Assembly (NCBI GenBank): GCA_020137815.1
Contig: CM035359.1
Coordinates: 124,001 to 188,000, forward strand
Length of the DNA stretch: 64,000 bases
Reading direction: 5' to 3'
Origin: Hormiphora californensis
Lineage: Eukaryota > Animalia > Ctenophora
Positions 1-13,632 of this stretch are shown one piece after another. Below the pieces are notes generated by a model, which ran no database searches, was not told the DNA's origin, and saw only the letters and a list, made by a program, of their open reading frames with translations. Numbering within the stretch: position 1 is the first letter of the stretch; every line of letters starts with the position of its first letter. The position numbers and the translations under genes were made by a program.

Positions 1-423
1 ACGTTAAAAGAGATAAGTTAGACAAGCTAGATGATGTTGTAGAGCTTGTAGTAGATATTAATTGACATTACTTTTGGTGGCCAACAACTTTTTTTTGCCG
101 TATTGATTTTTATTTAGTGGTTAAACGGGTTTTCGAACCCGAAAAAAGGGATGTTTTTAAAAGTATAGATATTTTGTTATAGCACTGATAGCTTCCAGGG
201 AGAACGATATAAAGAAAGGTAAAAATATAGAGAGGTTAAAAAGAGATAGAAAAGAATGTACGGAGATGGAAAAGATAGAGAGATGGAAAAGAAAGATAGA
301 GAGATGGAAAAGAAAGAGAGATATAGTTGGGTTAGTTTGAAACCAGACAGGATATTACCCGCCACTGCAGGAAGAGAGGCACACTCATGTGTGTGTCTGC
401 TCTTAGATAGTTAGTGAGATAGG

Positions 424-463
<40 letters not shown>

Positions 464-3082
464 GAGAACGAGAGGAGAGAGGCTATAAGATAGATGTTCT
501 ACGAGTGAGGGAGGAGAGAGAGCCGCGAGAGAATGTAGTTTTGTGGTAAGCCCCCAAAGTAACAAGAGGAATTATATAGTTAATGTGTGTATGTGTGTGG
601 AATTGCCAACGAACAATTAACCAAGCCCTTTGAGGAATAAATAGAGAAAAAGAGGGGGGAAAAAGAGCAGACTAAGAGTCATTAAAAATGTATTGCGGAG
701 CGTGATCACGGATAGGTTTACGCAGGCATAGTCTATGTTGCAAAAAAGGGAAAAAAGTTAAAACAGGCTTTAAAAGAAAAAAAAATTAGGAGATTTTAGA
801 GATATTAAACAATTATTGGGGAGGTGGGAAAAATTTTGTTTAAACAAAATGTTGTGGGGTTTTTTGTTTGGGATAAAAAGGGGAAGTTTTTTGGGGGGTT
901 TTTTTTGTTAAAAATTTTTTAAAAATTTTGGGAAAAAAAAAGTTAAAAAAAGGGAAAAAAAAAAGGGGAAAAAGTAAAACCCCGGAACCAGAAAAAAGGG
1001 GAAAGAAAATTTTTAAAAAAGGTTTTAGGGGGGATTTTGAAAAAAGGAAAAATTTTTTAACTTGAGGGGAAAAAAAGGGGTAATATTGGGGTGAATTTTT
1101 TTAGAGATAGGGGAAAGAAAAGAGGATAAAAAGGGGAAGAAGGGTGGGTTTAGAGAGGAGAAAAGGGAAAAAGGAGAGGAGGAAGGAGAGAAGGAAGGAG
1201 GGAAAGGGAGGGAGAGGGGGGGGAGAGGAAGGGAGAGTAAAGAGAGGGAGAGAGAGGGGGGGAAAAGGGGGGAAAAAAAGAATGTGGTTTTTGGTTTTGT
1301 TTGGAAGCAAACCAATTTTCAGGGGAAAAAAAGGGAAAAAATGAAAAAAGGGGAAGCAGACAGAGATAGGGAAAAAGGGTTATAAAAAAGGGAGGAAAGA
1401 AAGTGGAGACAATAAATCCATATTTTGCGTGAATGATCGTGATCACTTACACGGATAGTCTTTACAGGACCATACATGGATTTTATCTCAACCATTTAGC
1501 TTCGGCTACTATTAAAAGTTTTTCTAGATAATATATTCTATGTTAAGACTAAAGATATTCTTATGTATCTGCATGAAGTAATACTGCCAGTTTTTCTCTA
1601 AAAAGGATACGATTTGCCCCATCACTTTATCCTAAACTGAGATCACATCTCACATCACATATGAAGCCTTGATCTGAGTAGGAGCGGTAAAAACAGACGT
1701 GATCTAAGAATGAGTTATTGCACCAAAAAACAGGCACAATTATTACTATCGACATTTTCATCCCAGAGGCCCAACATTTCAAAGTGCAAACAATGACTCC
1801 TTTTGTCATAACCACAGACGGATTTGAGTGAATATTGTAAGTGATTGATTTTCTAATTTTCTAACTTTCCTTCTTTCTTTAACTAAAACAAAATCAACTA
1901 TATATACTACGTTACATACCATCTTAACTTTTACCTTTTTCTCTTTCCTAAATCGTGGTATAGGGACGCCCAGCCCAAACCCAGCAGCACTGGGATTTTA
2001 TGTTGGCGAAAAAATAAAAAATGCTAAAAAACGTCTTCCTCTCTCACTTTAAAAAGACTTTTCGCCAAAGAATATTTTGCATTCAACAAATCATTAAATT
2101 ATATGGTGAATTCCAAGAAAGATGGCATTTATTTTACATTGGAATTGATTGGTCAAAAAAGTTGTTTTATTGTCGAGTCGAAGAGGATATATTTAAATGA
2201 TTGACGTCAAGCGATTTGTTAGAAGAAAGTTGAAAGAAAACAACAACAAAAAACGGAGAATATATTCAAGAAAAATTGTTGCTGTACCAAACCCTAAAAA
2301 GGCGCAAATAGGGGATGGGGGGGAAGAAAAATCAATAAATCATTTATAATTTTACCCCCCAAGAAGGAAAAATTTCGTTGACATTTTTTGGCAAAGGGTC
2401 TTTGCCCCCTAAAATATGGGGTTGTTAGTCATGAAAGTGCGATATTATCCCGGGGAAAAAATCCCCCGAGCACTCGGGAAATGGGGGTCCGCTGTTATAC
2501 CGTCATTTTTACTTTATTCAATATTATATGTCTTACCAGGAGGTCGGTTGTTTCTGAATTTTCCCGACACGTTTTACATTTGGGGCCTATCCAACACCTG
2601 AAAAACAAAAAAAAAAACATTGGGTTAGATATCGCTAATTTTTTATAGAACTAACGGGGCAATGAGAACAAAACAAAATATTTATCCTTTTTTTTTTTCT
2701 TTTTTTCCTAAAAACTGCATCCCTTATTCTAACATTACAGCGTTTACGGGCTTCGAAAATCCAGGAACTAAAGAACCCCCCCCAACCCCAAAGTCCCCTT
2801 TTTTGGTGGGACTTTTGAAAAATTTTTTTTTCCTTCATTCTCTCCCCCCTCTCTTCCTCCTGGTTTTCCCCCCCCCCCCCCCCCCTTTCCCCTCTCCTCC
2901 TCTCCTCTCTCCCAAACAATTAACTCCGCCACGACCTCCTCCCAAAAGAACTGCAGAGTTTTCAAAAAAACGCTTTCCCTTCTCTTCCCCCTAAACTACC
3001 CCTCCTGGGCTCCTGTCCTCTCCCTCTGTTTATCCCCAAAACCCCCCTACTGGACCCCTCCCTAATTGGGCCCCAAATAAAT

Positions 3083-4252
3083 GGCAGGTGAGTAGATTTT
3101 CGCTCCTAATAAAAGGCTGGGAAAATAAAAGGGCCCTTTGGAAAAAAGGCTGCAATAAAAGGCTCAATAAAAGGGCTCAAAAAAAGGCTGGCAGAAAAAA
3201 ACTGCAAAAAAAGGCGCAATAAAAGGGCTGCAAGGGTCACTTTATCAAACCAGACTAAACGGGAAAAAAACGCGTCCTAACCCAATAGTGTTCGATCACG
3301 ATCGGCTGTAGAGGGGAAAACCCCCTCCCCCCTAATTATAGTGTTCGTGTCCCTTTCCAACAGACCATATGCGATGGGACCGAATAGAGAGCGAGTACGA
3401 GTGGGAATGAGAGATGAAAAATCAAATCCGGTATGGTATCATACCATGGTATCCCTAAGGAAAAAACGGTTACCAAATTTACAATAGCCTCATCGTTTCC
3501 CGATACGGATTCCTTTCCCCGCTATGTATTCCTTTGTTTTCCGTATGATCAACGATTCAGCTGTAGAGGTAGTCAGTAACTACTGAGAGTGTTGGTTAAT
3601 TAAATGAAAGGCGGTTACCTATAATTTCACCTAATCGGTGCCAATACGTGATTACTGATTTTCTACCGTTATTCGCCAATAGTCTTTATGTACACAATTC
3701 AGTAGAGCGGAATCACACATAATACTATGATAGGTGAACCAAGTGGTTGGGTGGTTCACCTGTCATTGTGCTACACGCTCAATCAATGGATCTATCGTAC
3801 CGGTAGGTAGCTACCTCATTAGACCAACACTCGCAGTAGTTACTGACTACCTCTACTGAATCGTGGATCGATACGGAAAGACTAATGGAGAATACATAGC
3901 GGTAGAGAATCACGTATCGGGACCGATGAGGCCGAGGTCTCATTGTCAATTGGTAACCGCTTTTCATTAGAGGATACCATGGTACGTGATAACATACCGT
4001 GATTCTGATTTTTCACTCTCTCAGTTCTCATTCGTACTCTCGTACTATCGCATATGGTCTAGTTGGATACGTGACACGAATCACTATAATTAGGGGATGG
4101 TGATTCGGTCTCTCTACAGCCGATACGTGATACGAAACACTATTAGGGTAGGACGATTCGGTCTATCCCCCGCTTTAGTCTGGTTGGATACGTGATCCCT
4201 TGCAGCCTTTTATTGCAGCCTTTTATTAGGAGCGAAGTTCTACTCACCTGCC
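3083..4252. mobile_element. Non-autonomous foldback DNA transposon, long TIRs starting GGCAGGTGAGTAGA, 8-bp TSD
   Basis: Ends ggcaggtgagtaga...tctactcacctgcc. Arms are inverted over ~600 bp. caataaat follows the right end and ca(a)ataaat precedes the left end. The paralogous empty site at ~8638 has one caataaat. Confidence 0.85.
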
Positions 4253-4593
4253 CAATAAATTATACCAGTCCATGGCAATTAAAGTATTAGTAGAACCCAA
4301 GATATGTAAAAAGGAACCCTGTACAATAAAGTGAGCGTAGTTTCAGAAACGTAAACTGAAAACTCTCAGCATCAAAGATTGTTTACGGGAGTGCTCTCCC
4401 CCCCCCCCCCAAAAGAAAAATATTCTCACAATATATATTTAGTTAGCGACGTATTTTCTTAAAAGTGACGTCAGCAGTGTCTCTTGACGAATTCGACGAT
4501 TCAAGATATCATGTATTTTGTCTCACGAAAATATTCTAAGAGACTGAGAGACTCTAGGGGGGCCAGGATGGGGGTCTCAACTCTCGTTCTATC

Positions 4594-4646
<53 letters not shown>

Positions 4647-5270
4647 GTGGGGGGAAGTGGACACTGTATGTACTGCATAGACACAATGTTTAATTTGATT
4701 ATAAACACACACTCACGTACACGCTTCCGTCTTGCACACCCACCCACACTTTCCAACAATGAACAAATTTTTCAAACTTTAAATTTTATGTACATATCAG
4801 TTAAATTTTATGTATATCAGTGGCAATGAGGACATTAAATCATCCATAGACGATTATCTTTTAAATATCAGCGATGGACACAAATGTGTTGTATGAACGT
4901 AGTAAATATCAAGATCAACTATTTAATGATCTTGATTCTAGTTAACCTCGCTCAGATATTTTTTCTGTTCAATGAACAATCTAGCACTGTTAAAATTGTT
5001 AAAAGACCCACGGTAGAAAATCTTTATTTTGCTGGAAAAATCTCCCATACGGTCTTCATATTTTAGTATCATGACGTGTGGGTCTCATTTCATAATAAAG
5101 ATTGTTTTGAAACTTAATATGTATTCTGAAAAAGGAAAAAGTATAACAGCACGTTGTTCGTTAACGATGATAAATAACCCCAGTCTACAGCTCTGGATCC
5201 AATAATAAAAAAGAGTATATTATATTTAAAATTGCAATTCCACCATGTACCCCAAGTCCCTGGAAACCTT

Positions 5271-5847
5271 TTGGTAATGAAATTCCCCCTCTGCGCTAGC
5301 TCACGGAGGGGTAATAATATCGCTTGTACGGCGGGAAAAAAATTCCTGTGTCCAAACTACAAAACAGAAAGTTCTAATTTTTTGAACATACCGAGGAAAT
5401 TGTCTGAGCTACCATTACATACCGGAATTTTTTGATATTTTGGCCATTAACACTGTTTTTGTTTTTGGAAAACTATGAAGATGCTGGAATTTGGCTACAA
5501 AAACCTTCAGAAATGTGCAAAATGCCATTCCAAAGGTATTGGAGGTGGATTCATTGATAACTAAGCTATAGTCGAGTCAGAAAAAATTCCACAAGATTGG
5601 AATTTTATGCCCATATAAGGAGTTATGCGACACACCTCTGTTGTTAAACATGTGGTGTAATCGCTACCGGTCGTTACTTTCTGTAGAATTCAGGTCCTGG
5701 TTACTATACAAACTAGTACCATACGTTTTAGATAGGTTTTAGACAAGTTTTCGATAACTTTTTATGAGAAGGTCCCGTAAATTTTCATTTTTAGGTAGGC
5801 GGTATTGTCACCCCTATATGCAATAATAGGGGTGACTTCGTAACCAA
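5271..5847. mobile_element. Non-autonomous DNA transposon, imperfect ~20-bp TIRs, 9-bp TSD (Mutator-like length)
   Basis: ggaaacctt at 5262-5270 and 5848-5856; single copy at the empty site ~9627. Ends are ttggtaatgaaattccccct and aggggtgacttcgtaaccaa. Confidence 0.85.
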
Positions 5848-8374
5848 GGAAACCTTCAACTGACAGGTTCATAATTTGATTTGAGGCTCTTTCGGAGAAA
5901 TAAGTTAACACGCGAGTATTACTTACTTCAACTACCAGCTCTGTCACAACCCACTTGACAAAGTTCCTGCTATGATCATTTGGGTGGTGCTGAATTTAAC
6001 TTAGGACCAATTAGAGCAAGATAAATCAGATCAGAACTTCATCTTTCAAGGATGTGGAATATTCATTATATTACTAGTTTAAATTTACGCATGATCTCTA
6101 ACATGGGACGGGGTTTTAACCCCGCCGAGGGGTCAAAAAAAGGGGAAAAGAGGAGTAAAATAATAAAGAGGGGAAAAAATAATATAGGGCTTAATCAATT
6201 CATTTCCTCTCAATGCTCTTGGTTTTTTCTTTTTATACCAAAACCCTCCATGGGCCGGGACCTATGGCATCACCTCTTCTTCTCTCTCTCTCTCTCTCTC
6301 TTCTCTCCCCTTCTCTCTCTCTTCTTCCCTCCCTCTCTCTTACCCTATCCCCTAAAACCCTCAGGGTCCCAAACGGATTAGAAACATATTTATATCGGAC
6401 CGTCCACTCTAAAAATGATTATATATTTATGCACAGCATGATAATGATATTTTCCCAAAAGAAAGTGGGTATTTAACTTGGGGCAAATTTGAAACTTGTA
6501 AATCATTTGGAAAACTGATCGGGCCCCAATCTCAAAACCCTTGGACTGGACTTTTTAAAACATTACCTTATATTTTTTCCATTCAAAATTTTTTTCCCTC
6601 ATTTTTCCATCCAAAAACCCAAATATTATTACTTTTTTTGTAAGGTCATTCCCAAAAGATTCCATGTTCCCCCTCCGCACTTTCCCTTTTGTTTTACTTT
6701 TTTAAAAAAAAAAAGGGTTTTAAAAATTTTTTTAATAACAAAAAAAGGGTTTGGGTTTTGTGTGAACAAAAAAAGAGAAAAAAAGGGTTAAAAAAAACGC
6801 CTTTTCTATTTAGGAATAAAATGAGAGAAAATGAGGGAGAGAGAGCAGACTGCAGAGATAGGGAAAAAGGGAATATAGAGAGAGGGAGCGAGAAAGAAAG
6901 TGAGAGACAATAAAGTCCATTATATGTATTGCAGTGAATGATCGTGATCACTTACACGGATAGTCTTTACAGGACCATACATGGATTTTAATACTCAACC
7001 TTAGCTTCGGCTACTATTTAAAAGTTTTTCTAGATAATTATCTTCCATATGTTAAGACCTAAAGATATTCTTATGTATCTGCATGAAGTAATACTGCCAG
7101 TTTTTCTCTAAAAAGGATACGATTTGCCCCATGACTTTATCCTAAACTGAGATCACATCTCACATCACATATGAAGCCTTGATCTGGGTAGGAGCGGTAA
7201 AAACAGACGTGATCTAAGAATGAGTTATTGCACCAAAAAACAGGCACAATTATTACTATCGACATTTTCATCCCAGAGGCCCAACATTCAAAGTGCAAAC
7301 AATGACTCCTTTTGTATAACACCGACGGATTGAGGGGGAAAGTGTACGTGATTGATTTTCGAATTTCTAACTTTCTTCTTTGTCGTTAACTAAACAAAAG
7401 TCAAAATATATAACTACGTTACATACCATCTTAACTTAATACCTGTTTTCTCCTTCCTAAATTCTGTGGTATAGTGCACGCCTAGCCCAACGTACCCAGC
7501 AGCAGCTTGGTATTTTAGTGTTGGCGAACAATAAAAGATGCTAAAAGCGTCTATCAGCTCTCTCTACTTGAAAGACTTTTCGCCAAAGAATATTTTGCAT
7601 TCAACAAATCATTAAATTATATGGTGAATTCCAAGAAAGATGGCATTTATTTTACATTGGAATTGATTGGTCAAAAAAGTTGTTTTATTGTCGAGTCGAA
7701 GAGGATATATTTAAATGATTGACGTCAAGCGATTTGTTAGAAGAAAGTTGAAAGAAAACAACAACAAAAAACGGAGAATATATTCAAGAAAAATTGTTGC
7801 TGTACCAAACCCTCACAAAGGCGCAAATAGGGATGGGGGTGGAAGAAATCAATGAATCATTTATAACTTACCCTCCAAGAAGGTAAAATGTTCGTTGACA
7901 TGTTTGGCAAAGGGTCTTTGTTCCCTGAAATATTGAGGGTTAGTTAGTCATGTAGTGCGATATATACCGGGCAAAATCCCCCGAGCACTCCGGGAAATCG
8001 GGGTCCGACTGTTATACCGTCATGTTACTGTTATTGCAATATTATATGTCTTACCAGGGAGCTGTCGGTTGTTTTCTGAATTTTCCGACACGTTTTACAG
8101 TTGACCTCATCCGAACTACTCTGAAAAACAGAAACACTTAGGTTAGATATCGACTAAGTTTTTAGTAGAATCTAACTGGACAATGAAGAACGAAACAAAA
8201 TAGTTATCCCTTTCTTTTATTCTTCTTTTCCTAGTAACTGCATCCCTTATTCTAACATTACTAGCGTTTAGCTGGCTGTCTGTAAATTCCCAGGATCTAA
8301 AGACCAGCCGCACGATCCAATGTCACCATATGTTTTGGTCCGGGATTTCTCTAGAAAACTATTTGTTTACCTTC

Positions 8375-8410
<36 letters not shown>

Positions 8411-8967
8411 CTCTCTCTCCCTCTCTCTTTCTCTCTCTCTCTCTTTCTCTGTCTCTCTGTCTCTCTCCCAAACAATTACTACACGCCCACGACCTCCTAC
8501 CAATACAGAACTGCAGAGCTTTCAGAAAAACGCATTTCCTTCTCTCTCCTAAAACTATCCCTCTCTCGCTCTCTGTCTTCTCTCCCTCTGTTTATCCCAA
8601 ACCACTCCTACATGGACCCCTCCCTAAGTTGGGCGCCCAATAAATTATACCAGTCCATGGCAATTAAAGTATTAGTAGAACCCAAGATATGTAAAAAGGA
8701 ACCCTGTACAATAAAGTGAGCGTAGTTTCAGAAAAGTAAACTGAAAACTCTCAGCATCAAAGATTGTTTACGGGAGTGCTCTCCCCCCCCCCCCCAAAAG
8801 AAAAGAAAAATATTCTCACAATATATAGTTAGCGACGTATTTTCTTAAAAGTGATGACGTCAGCATGTCTCTTGACCAATTCGACGATTCAAGATATATC
8901 ATGTATTTTGTCTCACGAAAATATTCTAAGAGACTGAGAGACTCTAGGGGGCCAGGATGGGGGTCTC

Positions 8968-9025
<58 letters not shown>

Positions 9026-10096
9026 GTGGGGGGAAGTGGACACTGTGTGTACTGCATAGACACAATGTTTAATTTGATTATAAACACACACACACGTACA
9101 CGCTTCCGTCTTGCACACCCACCCACACTTTTCCAACAATGAACTTTTCAAATTTTTCAAACTTTAAATTGTATGTATCAGTGGCAATGAGGACATTAAA
9201 TCATCCATAGACGATTATATTTCAAATATCAATAATGGACACAAATGTGTTGTATGAACGTAGTAAATATCAAGATCAACTATTTAATGATCTTGATTCT
9301 AGGTAACCTCGCTCAGATATTTTCTTCTGTTCAATGAACAATCTAGCACTATTAAAATTGTTAAAACACCCACGGTAGCAAATCGTTATTTTGCTGGAAA
9401 AATCTTCCATACGGTCTACATAGTTTAGTATCATGACGTGTGGGTCTCATTTCATAATAAAGATTGTTTTGAAACTTAATATGTATTCTGAAAAAGGAAA
9501 AAGTATAACAGCACGTTGTTCGTTAACGATGATAGATAACCCCAGTCTACAGCTCTGGATCCAATAATAAAAAAGAGTATATTATTATATTTAAAATTGC
9601 AATTCCACCATGTACCCCAAGTCCCTGGAAACCTTCAACTGACAGGTTCATAATTTGATTTGAGGCTCTTTCGGAGAAATACTACCCGAGTATTATACTT
9701 CAACTACCAGCTCTGTCACAACCCACTTGACAAAGTTTATTCCTGCTATCATCATTTGGGTGGAATTTAACTTAGGACCAATTAGAGCAAGATAAATCAG
9801 ATCAGAAATTCATCTTTTAAGGATGTGGAATATTCATTATATTACTAGTTTACCCCACTTTGACGATGTTCATCCACTATTCCATTTGATCTCTAACATG
9901 CACGGGCTTGGACCCCGCCGAGGCGTCAAGAAAGAGAAGAGAGGAAGGGAGAGTTAGGGAGAGAGAGTGAGAGAGATATATAGAGAGAGAAGCATAATAT
10001 AGGTCATTAATCAATATCTATTTCCTCTCAATGTCTCTTGGTTTACTTTATACCCCATCCATGGGCCGGGACATATGGCATGCATCACTCTTTTTC

Positions 10097-10127
<31 letters not shown>

Positions 10128-10772
10128 CCCTCTCTCTCTCCCTCTCTCTCTACCCTATCTCCCATACAGACCCTCAGGGTCCAGACAGGATTAGAAACAT
10201 ATTTATATCGGACCGTCCACTCTAAAAATGATTATATATTATGCACAGCATGATAACTTGTGAGTATTCTTCAACATGATAAGTGGGTATTTAACTTGGA
10301 CAATTTGAAACTTGTACAATCATTTGGAAATCTGATCGCCTCAAGTCTCAACCTTGGACTGGACTATAATACATTATATATGTATCTCATTCGAAATTCT
10401 TTTCCCTCATTTTCCATTCCAAATCCCCAAATATATATTACATTTTAGTAAGGTCATTCCAAATCGATTCCATGTTCCCACGTCCTGTCACTTTTCAAAC
10501 TCTGTTAACGTTTCACAATGGGTGGTCGTTGAGAAAAAAAAGAGAAAAGTTATAAAAATGTTTTTGCTGCAAGGTGGATAACAAGAAAAATGGGCCTTCT
10601 CGAGAAGAATTCTCGTAGTGGCAAGGTGTTCAAAAAGGTGGGACACGAGAAAACTTTAAAGGGATAAGGGATAATGGGACCAATCCGAGGGGCACTTTTC
10701 CTCTCTCTCTCTTTCTCATTTTATTTATGAAAAAGAGCTTTTAAATATTTAAAAACTCTTTTTATAAATGGG

Positions 10773-10979
10773 GGGTATTGCTGGAAAAAGATCGTCCAAA
10801 CTGCTCGATATCTGGTCTATATCGACCACGCTGTTTCATACATTACATGGCGCACTCGCAAAGGGGGCTCGATATATATAGACCAAATATCGAGCAAATT
10901 TTAACGCTCGCATTTTTAGGGGGCTCGATTGCGGCTCGATATATCGAGTAGTTTGGACGATCTTTTTCCAGCAGGACCC
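10773..10979. mobile_element. MITE with ~39-bp TIRs
   Basis: gggtattgctggaaaaagatcgtccaaactgctcgatat is inverted against atatcgagtagtttggacgatctttttccagcaggaccc. Confidence 0.75.
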
Positions 10980-11278
10980 ACGAATGCGCATTGCACCTCC
11001 AATTATCTCTTTTGAGCGAGCAATCTACCTCCTTCAATTACAGTCCACCGCAAACATAACTCCCCGACCCCTGTCAACTCCCTCTCACCCTCTCTCCCTC
11101 TCTCTTTCTGTCTTTCTTTCAATCTATATAAATCTCTATTTAGTCTATACCTCTAAACTCTCGTTCCCACCACCATCAGGCATCAGATCATCTCTTTTAA
11201 GCTGTTTCTCGTTTCAACCCCGTTACCTGATAGGCCCGTGGTCCTACTTGCTAAACTGGATGGATGGAGAGAAAGAGA

Positions 11279-11402
<124 letters not shown>

Positions 11403-12165
11403 TGATCTAGAACAAGGAAACTATTAACACGCTGTTTGCCCTCCTCCCACCAGCTCTTGTTCACCTAATTGGCTAATTACCGATCAATGTAGCAGACAGG
11501 TCTCTGAACTGCTACACTGAAATGACACTGTAAAGAGTTCTACTGCAGAAACGAGGAGAGTTCTAAAGAAACGAGAGAGTTCTAAAGAAACGAGAGAGTT
11601 CTCATATATTAACACGACTTGAGAGTTTTTAACTTGGAATTTTGTCCAACCGGTTGTAGTAACGCCGTACGGTCTGACTTCCTGAGGTGGTTGTGTGGGA
11701 TCATCAGATCACTTCCTTTCTTTCTCCCACAACCAGCTATTTAATATTTGGTAACCACCCCAAACTGAAACTGCAAGGGGAGGGAGATGGGACCATGTAG
11801 ACAGATAGCCATTTTCTGCTGACGTATAATCGTCTGGTCAAGGGCTACTGACTGTAGCTATCTCAGTTATATTGCTCTATACTTTGACGGTGATGGATGG
11901 CACATAACAGAATATAATATATGCATATTGTATAGGGTTTCTTACGTGTGACTTTAGAGATATAGATGAAAGAACGAAGGAGGGAAAGAGAGTTTTCTTT
12001 CAGAAATGTTCTTGGGAGAGGGTGTGTATAAGTATTGCAGGGTGTGTATTTAGTATTGCACTTAGCACATTAATGTCGGAGGACTGGAACATTTCACCAG
12101 TTATACAATATGTGTTTTTCCTTCGTGTCTTCTCCATTAACCACTTGAGAGTTCAGAAGATATTA

Positions 12166-12205
12166 TAGTCGGACCCCGATTTACCGGTAAATTGGGGTCT
12201 GACTG
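12166..12205. mobile_element. Minimal 40-bp TIR-only derivative of the CAGTCGGACCCCGATTTA MITE family
   Basis: tagtcggaccccgatttaccggtaaattggggtctgactg, TA-flanked, near-perfect palindrome. Confidence 0.65.
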
Positions 12206-12566
12206 TATATTCATTGTACCGTAATAATGATCCCCCTCCCCCCATCATCATTCATCATCCCCCCTCTATATATTATATCTCCTAGTAACAATTAAATAAA
12301 AAGGAACGCTCCTCAGTCTGCGTCATCACACTCACATTATGAAGGGGTCTCCATGGTTACCAAAAGGTCCACCACTATAAGCATACACTCGGCATAATAT
12401 TACCAGGGTTACAAAACAATAGAAAGACAATTGTTTCGCTAGTAGGGCCGGGCTAGCTCATCAGTTTCTCTGCAGACTGCAGAGTAGAGTAGAGGATCGA
12501 CTCCTTAAACTAACACAGTGATTACAAGGGATATATATAATCATTGGGGATCGCAGCAGAGTGGTA

Positions 12567-12721
12567 CAGTCGGACACCGATTTAACGGCCCCTGATTTAG
12601 CGGCACCCCGATTTAACGGCAGCATAATCTTCCCCCGATATAGGAAATTAACAGTATTTGACCCCGATTTAACGGACAAAACCCTTTCCCCCGAGGGTGC
12701 CGTTAAAAAGGGGTCCGACTG
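12567..12721. mobile_element. Tc1/mariner-type MITE (CAGTCGGACCCCGATTTA family)
   Basis: TA|cagtcggac...gtccgactg|TA, with internal ccgattta repeats. Confidence 0.85.
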
Positions 12722-13189
12722 TAATTAGTAGTAGAGTAGTTTAGACCTACACGTCATGGTGGTTAGTTTGGTTTACACCAGATCTCTTATATCTCTATCT
12801 CTATCTCTCTCTCTTTCTCTTTCTCTCAGATGCATTGAGTGGATGAATGGTTTCGCATCTTAGAGAAAGAAGGAGAATTTCCGAGAGTTAGGTGATCAAG
12901 AAGAAATTATATTAAATGGTTTATGCAGGGTGTGTCGGGTAATATATGTGCGACCTTCTTGATCGTCAGGAGAGAAAGAGAGAGCTGATTTGTCTGGGAC
13001 AAAAATCGGGAATGAGCGACAGAAGGGAGGTAGCAATCTATAGTTTCACGATCCGTCTTGAGCTGTGATACACATGTGCAGTGTGTGCGTGGGGTGCTCT
13101 AGTGTGTTTTAATACTTTGACCATGTTAGGGGTGACAGTGGTAGAGCTACGGGGTGGGCCACACCTTCTACAAAGATTCACCCTATCCC

Positions 13190-13300
13190 GATCTTAAAAC
13201 CACTCCGTTCTGATATTAAAACCACTCTGTTCCTATCTTAAAACCACTATGTTCCTATCTTAAAACCACTATGTTCCTATCTTAAAACCACTATGTTCCC
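13190..13300. repeat. 22-bp minisatellite (gttcctatcttaaaaccactat), ~5 copies
   Basis: Direct tandem copies visible. Confidence 0.85.
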
Positions 13301-13632
13301 TTGTTATAGCGTTCTCAGTTCTTTACAACATTAAATGTACACATTTTGTAAAAGTGTGAGAGCTACAATCTACCTCCTCTCGACCCCGCTCTTTGAAGTC
13401 GAACATATTTTGGCCCTAAATTATCATGTTTAAGAAAAGAAAGAGCAGCAGGAGTGAAATTGTTTGTTTATTCGAGAGAGCTCTCGAGTATCATGCGTGA
13501 CGATGTAAGATTATTCTTCTCTTTCTCTCCCTTTCTATCATTCTATATCTCTATGCTTCTCTCTGTCCCTCTCTCTCTCTCTCTCTCTCTCTCCCTCTAT
13601 CATTATTCTCTGTCCCTCTTTTTCTTTTAAAG

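Larger units (their letters stand above)
1390..10580. repeat. Tandem segmental duplication (copy 1 ~1390-6700, noisy, with two extra insertions; copy 2 ~6895-10580); possibly two haplotypes assembled in tandem
   Basis: 1430-3082 matches 6935-8645 (e.g. gaatgatcgtgatcacttacacggatagtctttacagg); 4253-6700 matches 8638-10580. Copy 1 has many homopolymer-type errors. Confidence 0.85.

Noticed and set aside
177-1446. SLSLSL/ERERER and K/G/F-rich ORFs here and throughout
   Set aside because: Translations of (CT/GA)n microsatellites or noisy sequence.
9776-9930. Faint SUZ12 VEFS-like words (MWNIH, FHLISNMH)
   Set aside because: Wrong spacing, frame break, low-quality sequence.
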